The notes beneath the pieces are model-generated. The model had not been told where the DNA came from, made no database searches, and worked only from the letters and a program-made list of their open reading frames with translations. From positions 992,001-1,056,000 of the forward strand of contig JBMNFY010000017.1 in the NCBI GenBank assembly GCA_050949565.1: DNA of 64,000 nt, in the 5' to 3' direction. Shown here one piece after another: positions 1 through 8,987 of the stretch. The position numbers and the translations under genes were made by a program. Each line of letters begins with the position of its first letter. The first letter of the stretch is position 1. This stretch comes from Kiritimatiellia bacterium. GTDB taxonomy: Bacteria > Verrucomicrobiota > Kiritimatiellia > RFP12 > UBA1067.

Positions 1-313
1 GCGTCCCCTGCACCAGACGTTGCAGCACGTCGCGCCCGAGATTGTCGCTGCCCAGCAGATAGAGCGGCTCGCCCGCCGGACGGGAGCGAACCGCCGCGAG
101 CCGTACAAAGGCCGGCGGCACATAGCGCGACTGCTCGCGCACGGTGTTGTAGGTCGGCGTACGGTCGTTCAGGCGCGCCGCCCGGTAGACCACCTCGCCG
201 TACAGCGCGGCCGCGGCATACACCAAGATCACGATCAGACACAAGCGCGTGTCCCACCGCTTCCATAAGCGGCGCATGATGCTCGGCCGCAATCGGTTGG
301 TGACAGGGGGCAT
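1..313 (-). CDS. ABC peptide transporter permease, OppC/DppC family (N-terminal part; runs off the window)
   Basis: Manual minus-strand translation reads MRRLWKRWDTRLCLIVILVY...YLLGSDNLGRDVLQRLVQGT, with the LG(T/S)DxLGRD motif. It lies downstream of an OppB-type gene. The start is 313 or, more likely, 277, because 291-313 is MITE TIR sequence. Confidence 0.85.
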   Translation of the reverse strand, partial: MPPVTNRLRPSIMRRLWKRWDTRLCLIVILVYAAAALYGEVVYRAARLNDRTPTYNTVREQSRYVPPAFVRLAAVRSRPAGEPLYLLGSDNLGRDVLQRLVQGT

Positions 314-758
314 GCGAGTCGGGCGCGTGTTTGGTGTGTGCGCAGTCGGGAGCGCGGGCGTCCCCGCCCGCAGAAAGTTGAAAGTTGAAAGTTTTTTAAC
401 GCAGAGACGCAGAGACGCAGAGATTTTACGGGATGGCGGCGTGATCGCCGCCGAGGGGAGGGACGAGCGTCTGCTCGTCCGCGGGCAAGCAGACGCTTGC
501 CCCTCCCAGCGCTCCGCAGTGAACCCTGAAACCATCATCCTTCCGCACAGCGGAAGGCGGCTCGTGGGGACACTCGCCCTCCAAATCATGTTAATCATGT
601 CAATCATGTCAAAAATAAACCTGAAACCGAGCCAAGTGTGCGCATCAGACTTTTGCAAGACACGCTGTTGCGGGCGAGGACGCCCGCGCTCCCGGCTCTC
701 TGCTCTCCCTTTCGCCAGAAACGCATGACCCTCGCGCACCTCTGTCGTCAACCGATTA
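290..758. mobile_element. MITE-like element with ~28 bp imperfect terminal inverted repeats (copy 1)
   Basis: Left end AATCGGTTGGTGACAGGGGGCATGCGAG; right end CTCGCGCACCTCTGTCGTCAACCGATTA. The same ends occur at 26819-27073 and 50042-50527. The interior consists of REP-like palindromes and 7-9 nt tandem repeats. Confidence 0.75.
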
Positions 759-786
759 CCCTCCGGCCTGTTGTTCGCGTTTGTCG

Positions 787-2019
787 TCATGCCAACCTCA
801 CACGCGGATCCAGCCATGCGTAACAGACGTCCGTCGCCATATTCACGATCTGGTAGAGCAACGCCCCGAGGATCACGACCGCGCGCACCACCGCCATGTC
901 AGACGAGTGAATCGCGTTCAGGCTCACACTGCCCAACCCCGGAATGCCGAAAAAGCTTTCGAGCATCAGACTGCCGGTGAACAAAAACGGCACCGACAGG
1001 CTGACGTACGTCACGATCGGAATCAGGCTATTGCGCAACACATGACGGAACATAATCCGATGTCCGCTCAAGCCCTTGGCCTGCGCCGTGCGCACATACG
1101 GCTTGAAGATCTCGTCAAGAATCGCCGCCCGGTAAAAGCGCACATCGCGACCCAGCCCGCTGACGATGCCGATCAAAACGGGCAACACCAGATACGCCGC
1201 CGACTCGAAGCCCCAGATCGGAAAGAGCCGCATCTTGAAGGCCAGCAGAAATTGGCCGGCCAACACCCAGACCACATAGTTGACGCTCATCAACACCGTC
1301 GAGAGGATCAACACCGCGCGGTCCGTCACGCTGCCGCGCCACGCCGCGCAGAGCAGCGCCAACATCACGGCGATGACCGTGCCGCCGATCAGGATCGGGA
1401 TCGTCAACGCCAGCGAAGGCCCCACGCCCTCGCGCAACACCTGCGCCACCGGCAAGCGGTACTCGATCGACTGCCCGAGGTCGCCGCGCGCCAGGGAGGT
1501 CAGATAGTGGATGAACTGGGAATCGAACAGGCCGCGATTCCCCTTTTCAAGACGCACGCGCGATGCAGTCACGCCCTCGACGTCAAGCGTCACCGCCGTC
1601 CACCCCTCGCGCACGGCGAACGTCAGCGGCGCGGGGCCATCGACCAGCGCTTCATCGGTGGTGCCGGTCGCGCTCTCGCGCAGACCGATCAGCACACGAC
1701 CGGCGTTCACCCGGTAGAGTCCCGCCGGCAGCGCGTAGGTCAGCGGCAACCGCAAGAGGCCGGATTCAGGGTGGCGCGTAAGTGTCTCACGCGGCGTATC
1801 GCCCAGCGCCCGGATCCGCGACCAGCGGCCCATCAGCAGCGGGCGGTCATAGCCGTGATGCGCGTCAAACGCGGCCAGCGACTCGGATGACGCATTCTTG
1901 CCGAGCACCACTTCCGCAGGCGAGCCGCCCACGACATGAAAAAGCACAAAGGTCAGGACCAGCACGCCGAACGTGGTCGGGATCATCTCCAGTAATCGTT
2001 TGACAATGTATCGCTTCAA
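787..2019 (-). CDS. ABC peptide transporter permease, OppB/DppB family
   Basis: MKRYIVKRLL start, GDLGxS motif, EAA loop (YVRTAQAKGLS...HVLRNSLIP), ESFFGIPGLG and a C-terminal DPRVRL. Confidence 0.92.
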   Translation of the reverse strand: MKRYIVKRLLEMIPTTFGVLVLTFVLFHVVGGSPAEVVLGKNASSESLAAFDAHHGYDRPLLMGRWSRIRALGDTPRETLTRHPESGLLRLPLTYALPAGLYRVNAGRVLIGLRESATGTTDEALVDGPAPLTFAVREGWTAVTLDVEGVTASRVRLEKGNRGLFDSQFIHYLTSLARGDLGQSIEYRLPVAQVLREGVGPSLALTIPILIGGTVIAVMLALLCAAWRGSVTDRAVLILSTVLMSVNYVVWVLAGQFLLAFKMRLFPIWGFESAAYLVLPVLIGIVSGLGRDVRFYRAAILDEIFKPYVRTAQAKGLSGHRIMFRHVLRNSLIPIVTYVSLSVPFLFTGSLMLESFFGIPGLGSVSLNAIHSSDMAVVRAVVILGALLYQIVNMATDVCYAWLDPRVRLA

Positions 2020-2273
2020 CGACGATTCCGTTTCCGCGCAGCCTTTTGCGCTTTTTTCGCAGCGACGCGCTTTTGTTGTTGTTTCCGTTCACGGGCGGCT
2101 CGGTTCACCGCGTGCGAAACACGACCGCGGTCGATGCCCTCACGAAATAAATGTCCTATGAACGCATACTCCCCGGCGGGCAGACCGTATTCTGCCTGAA
2201 GCAGCGTGATGCTGCGCGTCTCATTAACGGCGAGATCCGGATACAGGTTATAAAAACGTTGAAAAGCCATCAT
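2016..2273 (-). CDS. Small hypothetical protein, possibly a gene remnant
   Basis: 85-aa ORF that overlaps both neighbours on the same strand and has a very basic C-terminus. Confidence 0.4.
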   Translation of the reverse strand: MMAFQRFYNLYPDLAVNETRSITLLQAEYGLPAGEYAFIGHLFREGIDRGRVSHAVNRAARERKQQQKRVAAKKAQKAARKRNRR

Positions 2274-5200
2274 TGTTCGCCTGTTTGAGGCGCTTGCAAA
2301 ACCTTGCTACTCTTTCATGGGCGGGACGCCCATGCCACGAGGTGTGTGGCACGGGCATCCTGCCCGTGTCTGCCCCATGGGCGGGACGCCCATGCCACGA
2401 AGGGTTTTGCAAGGCCCTCGTTTCGTTCTTAACCGGTCGAACGCACTCAGCTACCAATGTGCGCACAGAGGGATGGGTCATGCGGCGGTTGCATTCAAGC
2501 AGAGCCGGGTACAGGTGCGGATCGGCACCGCCGCTGTTCCGCTGAACCGTGCGCATGATCGTCACTTCCAGACGTCCGTCATCACGTATTCCGGTCTGTA
2601 CCGCGTAGTCCAGCGTGCCGAGCCCGTTGGGCAGTGCCCAGTGCATCGATGCCGGCACGACCGGCAACTGCGTGAACCCCTCCGGCAACACAATCCGGCA
2701 GAATAATTCAGTCGTGCCGTTCATCCCGATGAAGAGCGGCTGGTCGCGGGTGTCGGCGCGTAGCGGGAAGAGCACCCCCGCCACTTCCGGAATCAACAGC
2801 GTCAACACGCCCTTCTCAACCGCTGCGTAGTCACGCGCCGTCGCCGTAAAGGTCAAGTAGCCGGGATAGGCCGCCGTCTCAACGATCAGGTCGGACGCCG
2901 GTTCCGCCGATTTGGCCAGCGCACCGACACGCTCCAGATGATGACGCCGGAAATCTTCAGGCAGCATCTCACGGTAACGCTTGCGGAACGGTCCCACCTG
3001 CGTGCCGTAAAACCAGTTCGTGACCGTGATCCGCGCACAGCCTTGCGCGTCCAACTCAATCGTCCACGCATCGCGGCGGCGGTTTTTCAGATCGGGTTCG
3101 AGGTCAATCGTCTGCATGCGTCCTTTGAGCGTCAGAGCCGGCGCGCCGTCCAGTCCCGACGCGCCCAGCTCGTCGTACTGGTCGCCCTCGTTGAGAATGA
3201 AGTGCTGTCCTTCGCAAGTCACGGCCACCACAAGATGGTGATAGTAGCCGCGTTGCGGCACATCGCGCGACGGTGCCGCGTACGGCGCATGGCGCGTGGT
3301 GTCCTGACTGGCCAGCAGGAACTCGGGATCGAATCCGGCGGCATCCAGCATGGCGGCCAACAGCAGCGCACGGTCGGCGGGATGGCCATACTGATCGGCC
3401 AGCGTGCGATCGGGCGCGGAGAGCGCTTCCAGCGGCAGATCGAGAAACGAGGGACCCGCCGGACGGATGGTGCGCAGCACGTCATCGCGAATCGCCAGCA
3501 GGCGGGCGCGCGGTTCGCGGAGCCCTTTGACAAGCGCCTTGGCATGTTGACGCGCGGCGCGGTCTTCTTCGCCCGCGCGATCCAGCGCACGCCGTAACCG
3601 ACGCGCGTACTCTTGCCAATCACCGAACGAGACGTACACCGAGGGCTTAAAAAAGTGCCAAGGCGGCAACAGTTCTTCCGCACGCATCGCGGACTGCGCC
3701 GGTGCTTGCCAGGAGAGGACGACATGTGTCTCGTTGGTTTCCGCCTGGAACGCTAGCGTCTCCGTGTGGAACGTCTGCATGGCGGGCCGCAGCGTTTTCG
3801 GGAAGCGCAGGCGGTACGTCTCGCTCTGCACCGGCTCGACGCCGCCGAAGGCATGCGTGTGGCTGTAGAAACAGGCGTTGGTCTGGGACAAGCGCGTGGT
3901 CACGGTGATCACGCTGCCGGTCTCAACCCCCGGCAGATTCACGACCAGCGTTTTGCCTGCGGGATAGCGCGGTGCCGACCCGACCCACGCCGCGTCCATG
4001 ACGTTGATCTCGTGCGGGCTGACGCTGTGTACACTGCCGTTCAGGTTCGAGACCGTCGCATCGACCACATCCACCGTCTGCCAGACCGGGTTGAAAGCGA
4101 TCTTCAATTCGGCACCTTTTTTCTTACCGGCGTAGGTCAGGATTCTTTTCGACCATGTGCGCGTGGTGGTCCAAGCGTGGGGCGTCTCGATCATCGTGTC
4201 CGTCAGGTCGCTCAGAATCTCCATATCCGGCACCGTTGACGAAAACGCCGTGAAGAGCGGCCGTGCGCGGCTGGCAGCTTCGATCTCCTGCAGGACCTCT
4301 TTCAGTTCCAGATAGGCGGCGGGCGAGAACTCGGGGGTTTTCAGCAGATAGCGCAGCGTGCCGGTAAGGGTGCCGTCGCTGACTGTCTGCGACAACTCAA
4401 AGGCCACGCCGGCGCGGTCGATGCGCACCGGTTGCGGCAGGGCATGCACCGCGCCCAAGCCGTCGGCAATGTTCAGGGTCATGTGCTCTTCGACGCCGCA
4501 GGTGATCCCGGTTTCCAGCGGATAGCGCCGCTCTTTCAGGCCGGTCTGTCCGATCACGAAGTTGGCATACCCCAGCGCCGTGCCCAGCCACGGCACCGTG
4601 ATGAGATCCAGTCCACTGCCGCGCACCGGGAAATCGGGCACACGGCTGATCAAAGTGACGGTCAGCGGCTGCTCGGTATCCTGAAGGTCTTCAGGGCTGA
4701 TGACGCACGAGAGGACTTCGGCTCCGGCCAAGCGGCTTTTGAGCACGCCCTCGAAAAACTTGCGGCGCTGATCCGGTTTCTGCCGCACGAAAAGGCTGCG
4801 GTAGGCGTTATCGTTGATCCCTTCCAGCACCAGGCGCGAAGTCAGCAGCAGCGATCCCGAAGCGTCCAGCGTGCCGTCGGTCTCAATGCGCGCCAGATTG
4901 TTTTCAGCCGGATAAACGTCCGACACGAGCAGGGTTTCACCTTCGGGTCGAGCCACCAGATAGCTGCGATTGCACAGATAGGCGGGGAAAAGATCGCGCG
5001 TGTTTTCATCGGTCGGATCCATCAACAGGTAGCCGCCGCCCGGCCGGTCAACCGCCGTGACAGCGTGATTGAAATAGGGGATCGGCACATCCGGGTCCAT
5101 CCGCGCGCCGGCATGGATAAGCACCGGATAGGCCGGAATATCGGCCATGCGCAACAGTGCGACCAGCAGCGCGGCCTTGTCGCGGCAGACACCATAGCGG

Positions 5201-6288
5201 TTGTTGAAGGTCACGGACACTTCGTGCGGCTCATAGCCGGGCGCGGTCTCTTCGGTGGTAAGCCCCATGTAGCGGATATGCTGCGAAACGAATTTGAAGA
5301 TGCGGCGGATTTTCTCGTCGCGCGTCGTAGCATCCGCGATCAGGCGGTTGACGGTCTCCTGCATCTCAGGTGTAGTTTTAGCCAGTGCCGGTTCGCAGAG
5401 CTTCCAGTACCAGCGCGAGACCGTGCGCCAGTCGTCGATAGAGCTGAGGATCAGGCGTTGCACCTGCGTGTACAGCGGCGGCATGTCGGGCTCTGGAAAC
5501 ATCTGCGGCACGTTGCGCACAGTCCAGGTGTGCAGCGTGCGGCCGTCCGGCTGGCGGCTCTCGGCATAGGCCACCGTGTTCGAGATCGGAGCGCGCAACA
5601 CGCGGCTGCGGATCGGAAGTTCCGGCGGCATGGAGACGGCGTACAGCAGATTGACGATCGGCGAGTCGTATTCGAAAACCGTATAGTCGGCCCATGTGTC
5701 GGGCATGCGCGTCTTGGAGGTGATGCGGCAGGTCACCAAGTGGCAGAGGTCGCCGACCTCGACCCCCGGCATGGAAAAACTCAGGATCTTGTTGTTCGGG
5801 TCGTAAATGTTGGAGCCCATCTGACCGGGCTCGGTCATCACGCGCGAATAGGCCTCCGGATCGATCGCGACCACGCGTCCATCCGGCTTGATGATTTCAG
5901 CGCGGTAGACAAACGTCGTGCCGTAGTGGAGGTTGAACATCATCTGGTGCGAAGAGGCGTCGCGCCGCCCCTTCTCGGTCAGCACCTTCGCATACTCGTC
6001 ATCCCACACCACCGACGTCCCGTCCTTTGCGACAATCTCGAGGACGTGGTCATCGACCAGCACCTGATCGGCATCGGGGAAGCGCTCGGCGGTGACCGTG
6101 CGCGCATCAGCCGCGACCTTGTCGCGTTCTAAGAGAAAACCGTCCGGCGGCGTTACCGCGCCGTACACACCCCAGACCATCCCCAGAAATCCTGCGGCCA
6201 CCGCCAGAACCCGGTGCCCCATCCTCATCGCCCTGCATTTCATGACACCGTATTTAACCAAAAACCCACCGTAGACTCCAGCGAGCAT
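2248..6288 (-). CDS. Secreted protein with tandem DUF3857 and transglutaminase-like domains
   Basis: Signal peptide (true start probably ~6245 or 6224). Two DUF3857-like modules (PGVEVGD, PGVETGS). Transglutaminase core IRYMG...YGVCRDKAALL...FNHAV...MDPT. The second module lacks the Cys (GHPADRALLL). Confidence 0.85.
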   Translation of the reverse strand: MLAGVYGGFLVKYGVMKCRAMRMGHRVLAVAAGFLGMVWGVYGAVTPPDGFLLERDKVAADARTVTAERFPDADQVLVDDHVLEIVAKDGTSVVWDDEYAKVLTEKGRRDASSHQMMFNLHYGTTFVYRAEIIKPDGRVVAIDPEAYSRVMTEPGQMGSNIYDPNNKILSFSMPGVEVGDLCHLVTCRITSKTRMPDTWADYTVFEYDSPIVNLLYAVSMPPELPIRSRVLRAPISNTVAYAESRQPDGRTLHTWTVRNVPQMFPEPDMPPLYTQVQRLILSSIDDWRTVSRWYWKLCEPALAKTTPEMQETVNRLIADATTRDEKIRRIFKFVSQHIRYMGLTTEETAPGYEPHEVSVTFNNRYGVCRDKAALLVALLRMADIPAYPVLIHAGARMDPDVPIPYFNHAVTAVDRPGGGYLLMDPTDENTRDLFPAYLCNRSYLVARPEGETLLVSDVYPAENNLARIETDGTLDASGSLLLTSRLVLEGINDNAYRSLFVRQKPDQRRKFFEGVLKSRLAGAEVLSCVISPEDLQDTEQPLTVTLISRVPDFPVRGSGLDLITVPWLGTALGYANFVIGQTGLKERRYPLETGITCGVEEHMTLNIADGLGAVHALPQPVRIDRAGVAFELSQTVSDGTLTGTLRYLLKTPEFSPAAYLELKEVLQEIEAASRARPLFTAFSSTVPDMEILSDLTDTMIETPHAWTTTRTWSKRILTYAGKKKGAELKIAFNPVWQTVDVVDATVSNLNGSVHSVSPHEINVMDAAWVGSAPRYPAGKTLVVNLPGVETGSVITVTTRLSQTNACFYSHTHAFGGVEPVQSETYRLRFPKTLRPAMQTFHTETLAFQAETNETHVVLSWQAPAQSAMRAEELLPPWHFFKPSVYVSFGDWQEYARRLRRALDRAGEEDRAARQHAKALVKGLREPRARLLAIRDDVLRTIRPAGPSFLDLPLEALSAPDRTLADQYGHPADRALLLAAMLDAAGFDPEFLLASQDTTRHAPYAAPSRDVPQRGYYHHLVVAVTCEGQHFILNEGDQYDELGASGLDGAPALTLKGRMQTIDLEPDLKNRRRDAWTIELDAQGCARITVTNWFYGTQVGPFRKRYREMLPEDFRRHHLERVGALAKSAEPASDLIVETAAYPGYLTFTATARDYAAVEKGVLTLLIPEVAGVLFPLRADTRDQPLFIGMNGTTELFCRIVLPEGFTQLPVVPASMHWALPNGLGTLDYAVQTGIRDDGRLEVTIMRTVQRNSGGADPHLYPALLECNRRMTHPSVRTLVAECVRPVKNETRALQNPSWHGRPAHGADTGRMPVPHTSWHGRPAHERVARFCKRLKQANNDGFSTFL
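2293..2413. repeat. REP-like palindrome cluster bounded by CTTGCAAAACC inverted repeats, inside the 3' end of a CDS
   Basis: CATGGGCGGGACGCCCATGCCAC x2 (2316, 2376) plus an inverted GTGGCACGGGCATCCTGCCCGTG (2346). The same family recurs at ~7808, ~27279, ~50392 and ~60830. Confidence 0.8.
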
Positions 6289-6446
6289 AACGCGCGCGCA
6301 CCAGAATCAGACCGATCAGTCGGATCAGTCGGATTGCCCAAAAACCAAAAGGGCAAATCCGCTGGACGACCTGTCGCCGGACGGTGTAAGCTGTGGCCGT
6401 TGGTTTTTCATGCGTCTGCGGAGTGCTAGTAATTAGGAGGGAAGCC

Positions 6447-7775
6447 ATGCGATTTGTTCTGAGATGCCTCTTTTGTTTCACCCTGTCTGCGGCTGTGGCC
6501 CAGACCGCGCCGGAACGCGCGGATACCCTGCCAACGGATGTCGCGCGCCTCAATGCGGCTTACCAGAAAGGCTTGACGACCATCGCTCAGGATTACAACG
6601 CCTCGCTTCAGCCGCTCGCGGAAAATTATGTGTTGGAGTTGCGACGGCTCTCGACACGCCTGAAGGAGGTCAAGGACACAGCCGGCATGGAGGCCGTGCG
6701 CAAGGAGGCCAACCGTTTCATGCAGGCGCTTAAGGCCGCGCCGGATGCCTTTGAGACCGTACCGGAACTCACCGACGAAGACGTGGTGGAGACCCCCGAG
6801 GCGTTGCGCGTGATCCAAGAGGCCTATGCGGCGCGCCGCACTGCGAACGATCTGGCACGTAACGAGAAGGTGGACACCCTCAGCGAAAAATATCTCGGCG
6901 GGCTGGACATGCTCCAGACGCGTTACACCTCCGACGGTCAGGCCGCCGAAGCTGCGGCTGCCAAAAAAGAAGCAACACGGCTGCGCGTGGCGAAGCAGCG
7001 TAAGGACTTCCCCACGCGCGCGTTGCAGGAGGTCGGGCTTGAGATCCGCCTCATGCCGCCCGTCCCGGACCTCTCCGCCGTCAAGGAGCGGCTCGACACC
7101 GCACCGGCCAGCGGCCCGCGCAATCTGACCGCGCGCGCCCTGAATGAACTCCCCCCCGCCATCCAAGCCTTTCTGATGAAGCCGCTGGAGTATGACAAGG
7201 AGTGGCCGCCGGAGATCACCAAGTGGAGCTATGAGGACACCGGCAACTACGCCCACGATTTCTCGCTCTACAAGATGCCCGGACAGCCTGACGAATTGGG
7301 CATCTTCGCCTATCCCAAGACGTTGCGCGCTTATGTGCGGGGTACCATCAAGTACAGTACCGTGAACTTCGACAACAAGGCACTGAGCTGGATGGGCAAG
7401 GCCATGTCGTTCCGACTCAATGACAGCCGCGACTTGGCCTGCAAGGTCATCTTCCGCACCCAACGGCCTGCGCTCAGCGAGGCAACCGGTCCCGCCGCCT
7501 GTGTCGCGGTTTACAGCATCAACGAGAACAACCGCCTGATCGCCTCCATGTCCGTGCCGATGCTGAGCGAAGAGACCGCCCTCCGCATGGCCAAGCACTA
7601 CTCCTACAACCGCATGAATATCGCTTGGGACGGCACCAAGCGTAAACGCGGCTTCACCATCCCCGACCACATGCCGATGCGGGTCTTGGTCGGCATCGTC
7701 GGCTTCGGGCCGGGCGAGCAGGTAGACGCCACCATCGAGATCCTGCCCTGTGGCCCGCTCGGCGACCTGTGGTGA
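6447..7775 (+). CDS. Secreted hypothetical protein with a helical, coiled-coil-like N-terminus
   Basis: Long ORF with an AGGAGG RBS before ATG 6447, signal peptide MRFVLRCLFCFTLSAAVA and GC3-rich codon usage. Confidence 0.8.
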   Translation: MRFVLRCLFCFTLSAAVAQTAPERADTLPTDVARLNAAYQKGLTTIAQDYNASLQPLAENYVLELRRLSTRLKEVKDTAGMEAVRKEANRFMQALKAAPDAFETVPELTDEDVVETPEALRVIQEAYAARRTANDLARNEKVDTLSEKYLGGLDMLQTRYTSDGQAAEAAAAKKEATRLRVAKQRKDFPTRALQEVGLEIRLMPPVPDLSAVKERLDTAPASGPRNLTARALNELPPAIQAFLMKPLEYDKEWPPEITKWSYEDTGNYAHDFSLYKMPGQPDELGIFAYPKTLRAYVRGTIKYSTVNFDNKALSWMGKAMSFRLNDSRDLACKVIFRTQRPALSEATGPAACVAVYSINENNRLIASMSVPMLSEETALRMAKHYSYNRMNIAWDGTKRKRGFTIPDHMPMRVLVGIVGFGPGEQVDATIEILPCGPLGDLW

Positions 7776-7807
7776 CACGCGAAGCTCTTGTCCCCTCGCG
7801 TACAGGT

Positions 7808-7856
7808 GTGGCACGGGCATCTTGCCCGTGTTTCATGGGCGGGACGCCCATGCCAC
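7808..7856. repeat. Inverted REP doublet
   Basis: GTGGCACGGGCATCTTGCCCGTG-TTT-CATGGGCGGGACGCCCATGCCAC, intergenic. Confidence 0.8.
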
Positions 7857-7949
7857 GGGAAGCAAGAGACACGCGAAACATTACACGCCTGTAATTTTAT
7901 CTGATTTCCCTTTCCTTACTCCGCCCCGGATGCTACTATTCCGAATGCA

Positions 7950-8987
7950 ATGGCGAGCAAGAAAGTCAGGATCATTTACAGGAAAGTGCGGTGGCCGATC
8001 GAGTGGTTCCTCATCGGGTTGGCGCAGCTCATCATTCCACCTCTTTCCCTCGGAGCGTTGTTGCGCCTCGCGCACTGGATCGCCGACACCGCCTATCTGT
8101 TTGACCGCCGTGGTAAAGCCATTGCCGCAGCCAACCTGCACGTGATGTTCGGAGCGCGCATGACGCCCACCCGCGAACGGGCGTTGATACGGCGTTCCTA
8201 CCGCAACATGGCGCGTGTCATGGTCAACGTTTTCTGGATGTCACGCGACACCCTCAACCGCATCCGCGACCAAGTGTCTTTTGATCCCAGCGTGCTCGAA
8301 GCGCTGCACACCCACCGGCCGGCCATCACGGTCAGTGCCCACCTCGGCAACTGGGAGATTCTCTCGCAGGCGGTAGTCGCCAGCGGCATTCCGATCATGT
8401 CCGTCGCTAAACTGATCGGCTCGCCCGAAATGACCGCCCGACTGACCGCCATGCGCTCGACCATCGGCCAGCAGATCGTGCCGGCCGACGGTGCCCTGCG
8501 CCGCCTGATGTACACGCTCAAGCACGACACCTGCATCGGACTGCTGGTCGACCAGCACACGCACACCTGGGATGGCGGCACATGGGTCAAGATGTTCGGC
8601 CTGTCGGTCGGCATCTCGCTGGCTCCCGCCGCTCTCTCGCGCAAACTGCGCGTACCGATCCTCTTCGCCTGGTCGCGCCCGCTTAAGGACGGCCGCTATC
8701 GCATCGAGCCGGGCGAGATATTCCTGCCCGACCCCGCAGTGGATGACCAGACCCGCACCCAGCAGCTTATCGCAGCCTTCGAGCGCGTCATCCGCCGCCA
8801 CCCCTCGCTCTGGTGCCTTAACTATCGGCGCTGGAGACATATCCTGCCCGACGACGACCCTGCGCTTTACCCCTTCTACGCACGCCCACTACGGCGCACG
8901 AAAGCGGAAGAGGAAGCGGAAGAAAAGGCGGAGGAGGAGGCGGAAGGCGATCACCTCTTTTCGCCGAACGCGAAATCATCCAAGTAG
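7950..8987 (+). CDS. Lipid A biosynthesis acyltransferase, LpxL/HtrB family
   Basis: SAHLGNWEI and GLLVDQH motifs, with a C-terminal IRRHPSLWCLNYRRW. Confidence 0.88.
   Translation: MASKKVRIIYRKVRWPIEWFLIGLAQLIIPPLSLGALLRLAHWIADTAYLFDRRGKAIAAANLHVMFGARMTPTRERALIRRSYRNMARVMVNVFWMSRDTLNRIRDQVSFDPSVLEALHTHRPAITVSAHLGNWEILSQAVVASGIPIMSVAKLIGSPEMTARLTAMRSTIGQQIVPADGALRRLMYTLKHDTCIGLLVDQHTHTWDGGTWVKMFGLSVGISLAPAALSRKLRVPILFAWSRPLKDGRYRIEPGEIFLPDPAVDDQTRTQQLIAAFERVIRRHPSLWCLNYRRWRHILPDDDPALYPFYARPLRRTKAEEEAEEKAEEEAEGDHLFSPNAKSSK

Noticed and set aside
4432-6132. Long antisense ORFs (also 781-1890, 6426-7820, 9050-10768, 36060-38042, 55990-57684, 58349-59776)
   Set aside because: They are shadow frames of GC-rich genes with recognisable products on the opposite strand.
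8900-8950. Purine-rich GAAGCGGAAGAG repeats
   Set aside because: They are explained by the low-complexity AEEE tail of the acyltransferase.
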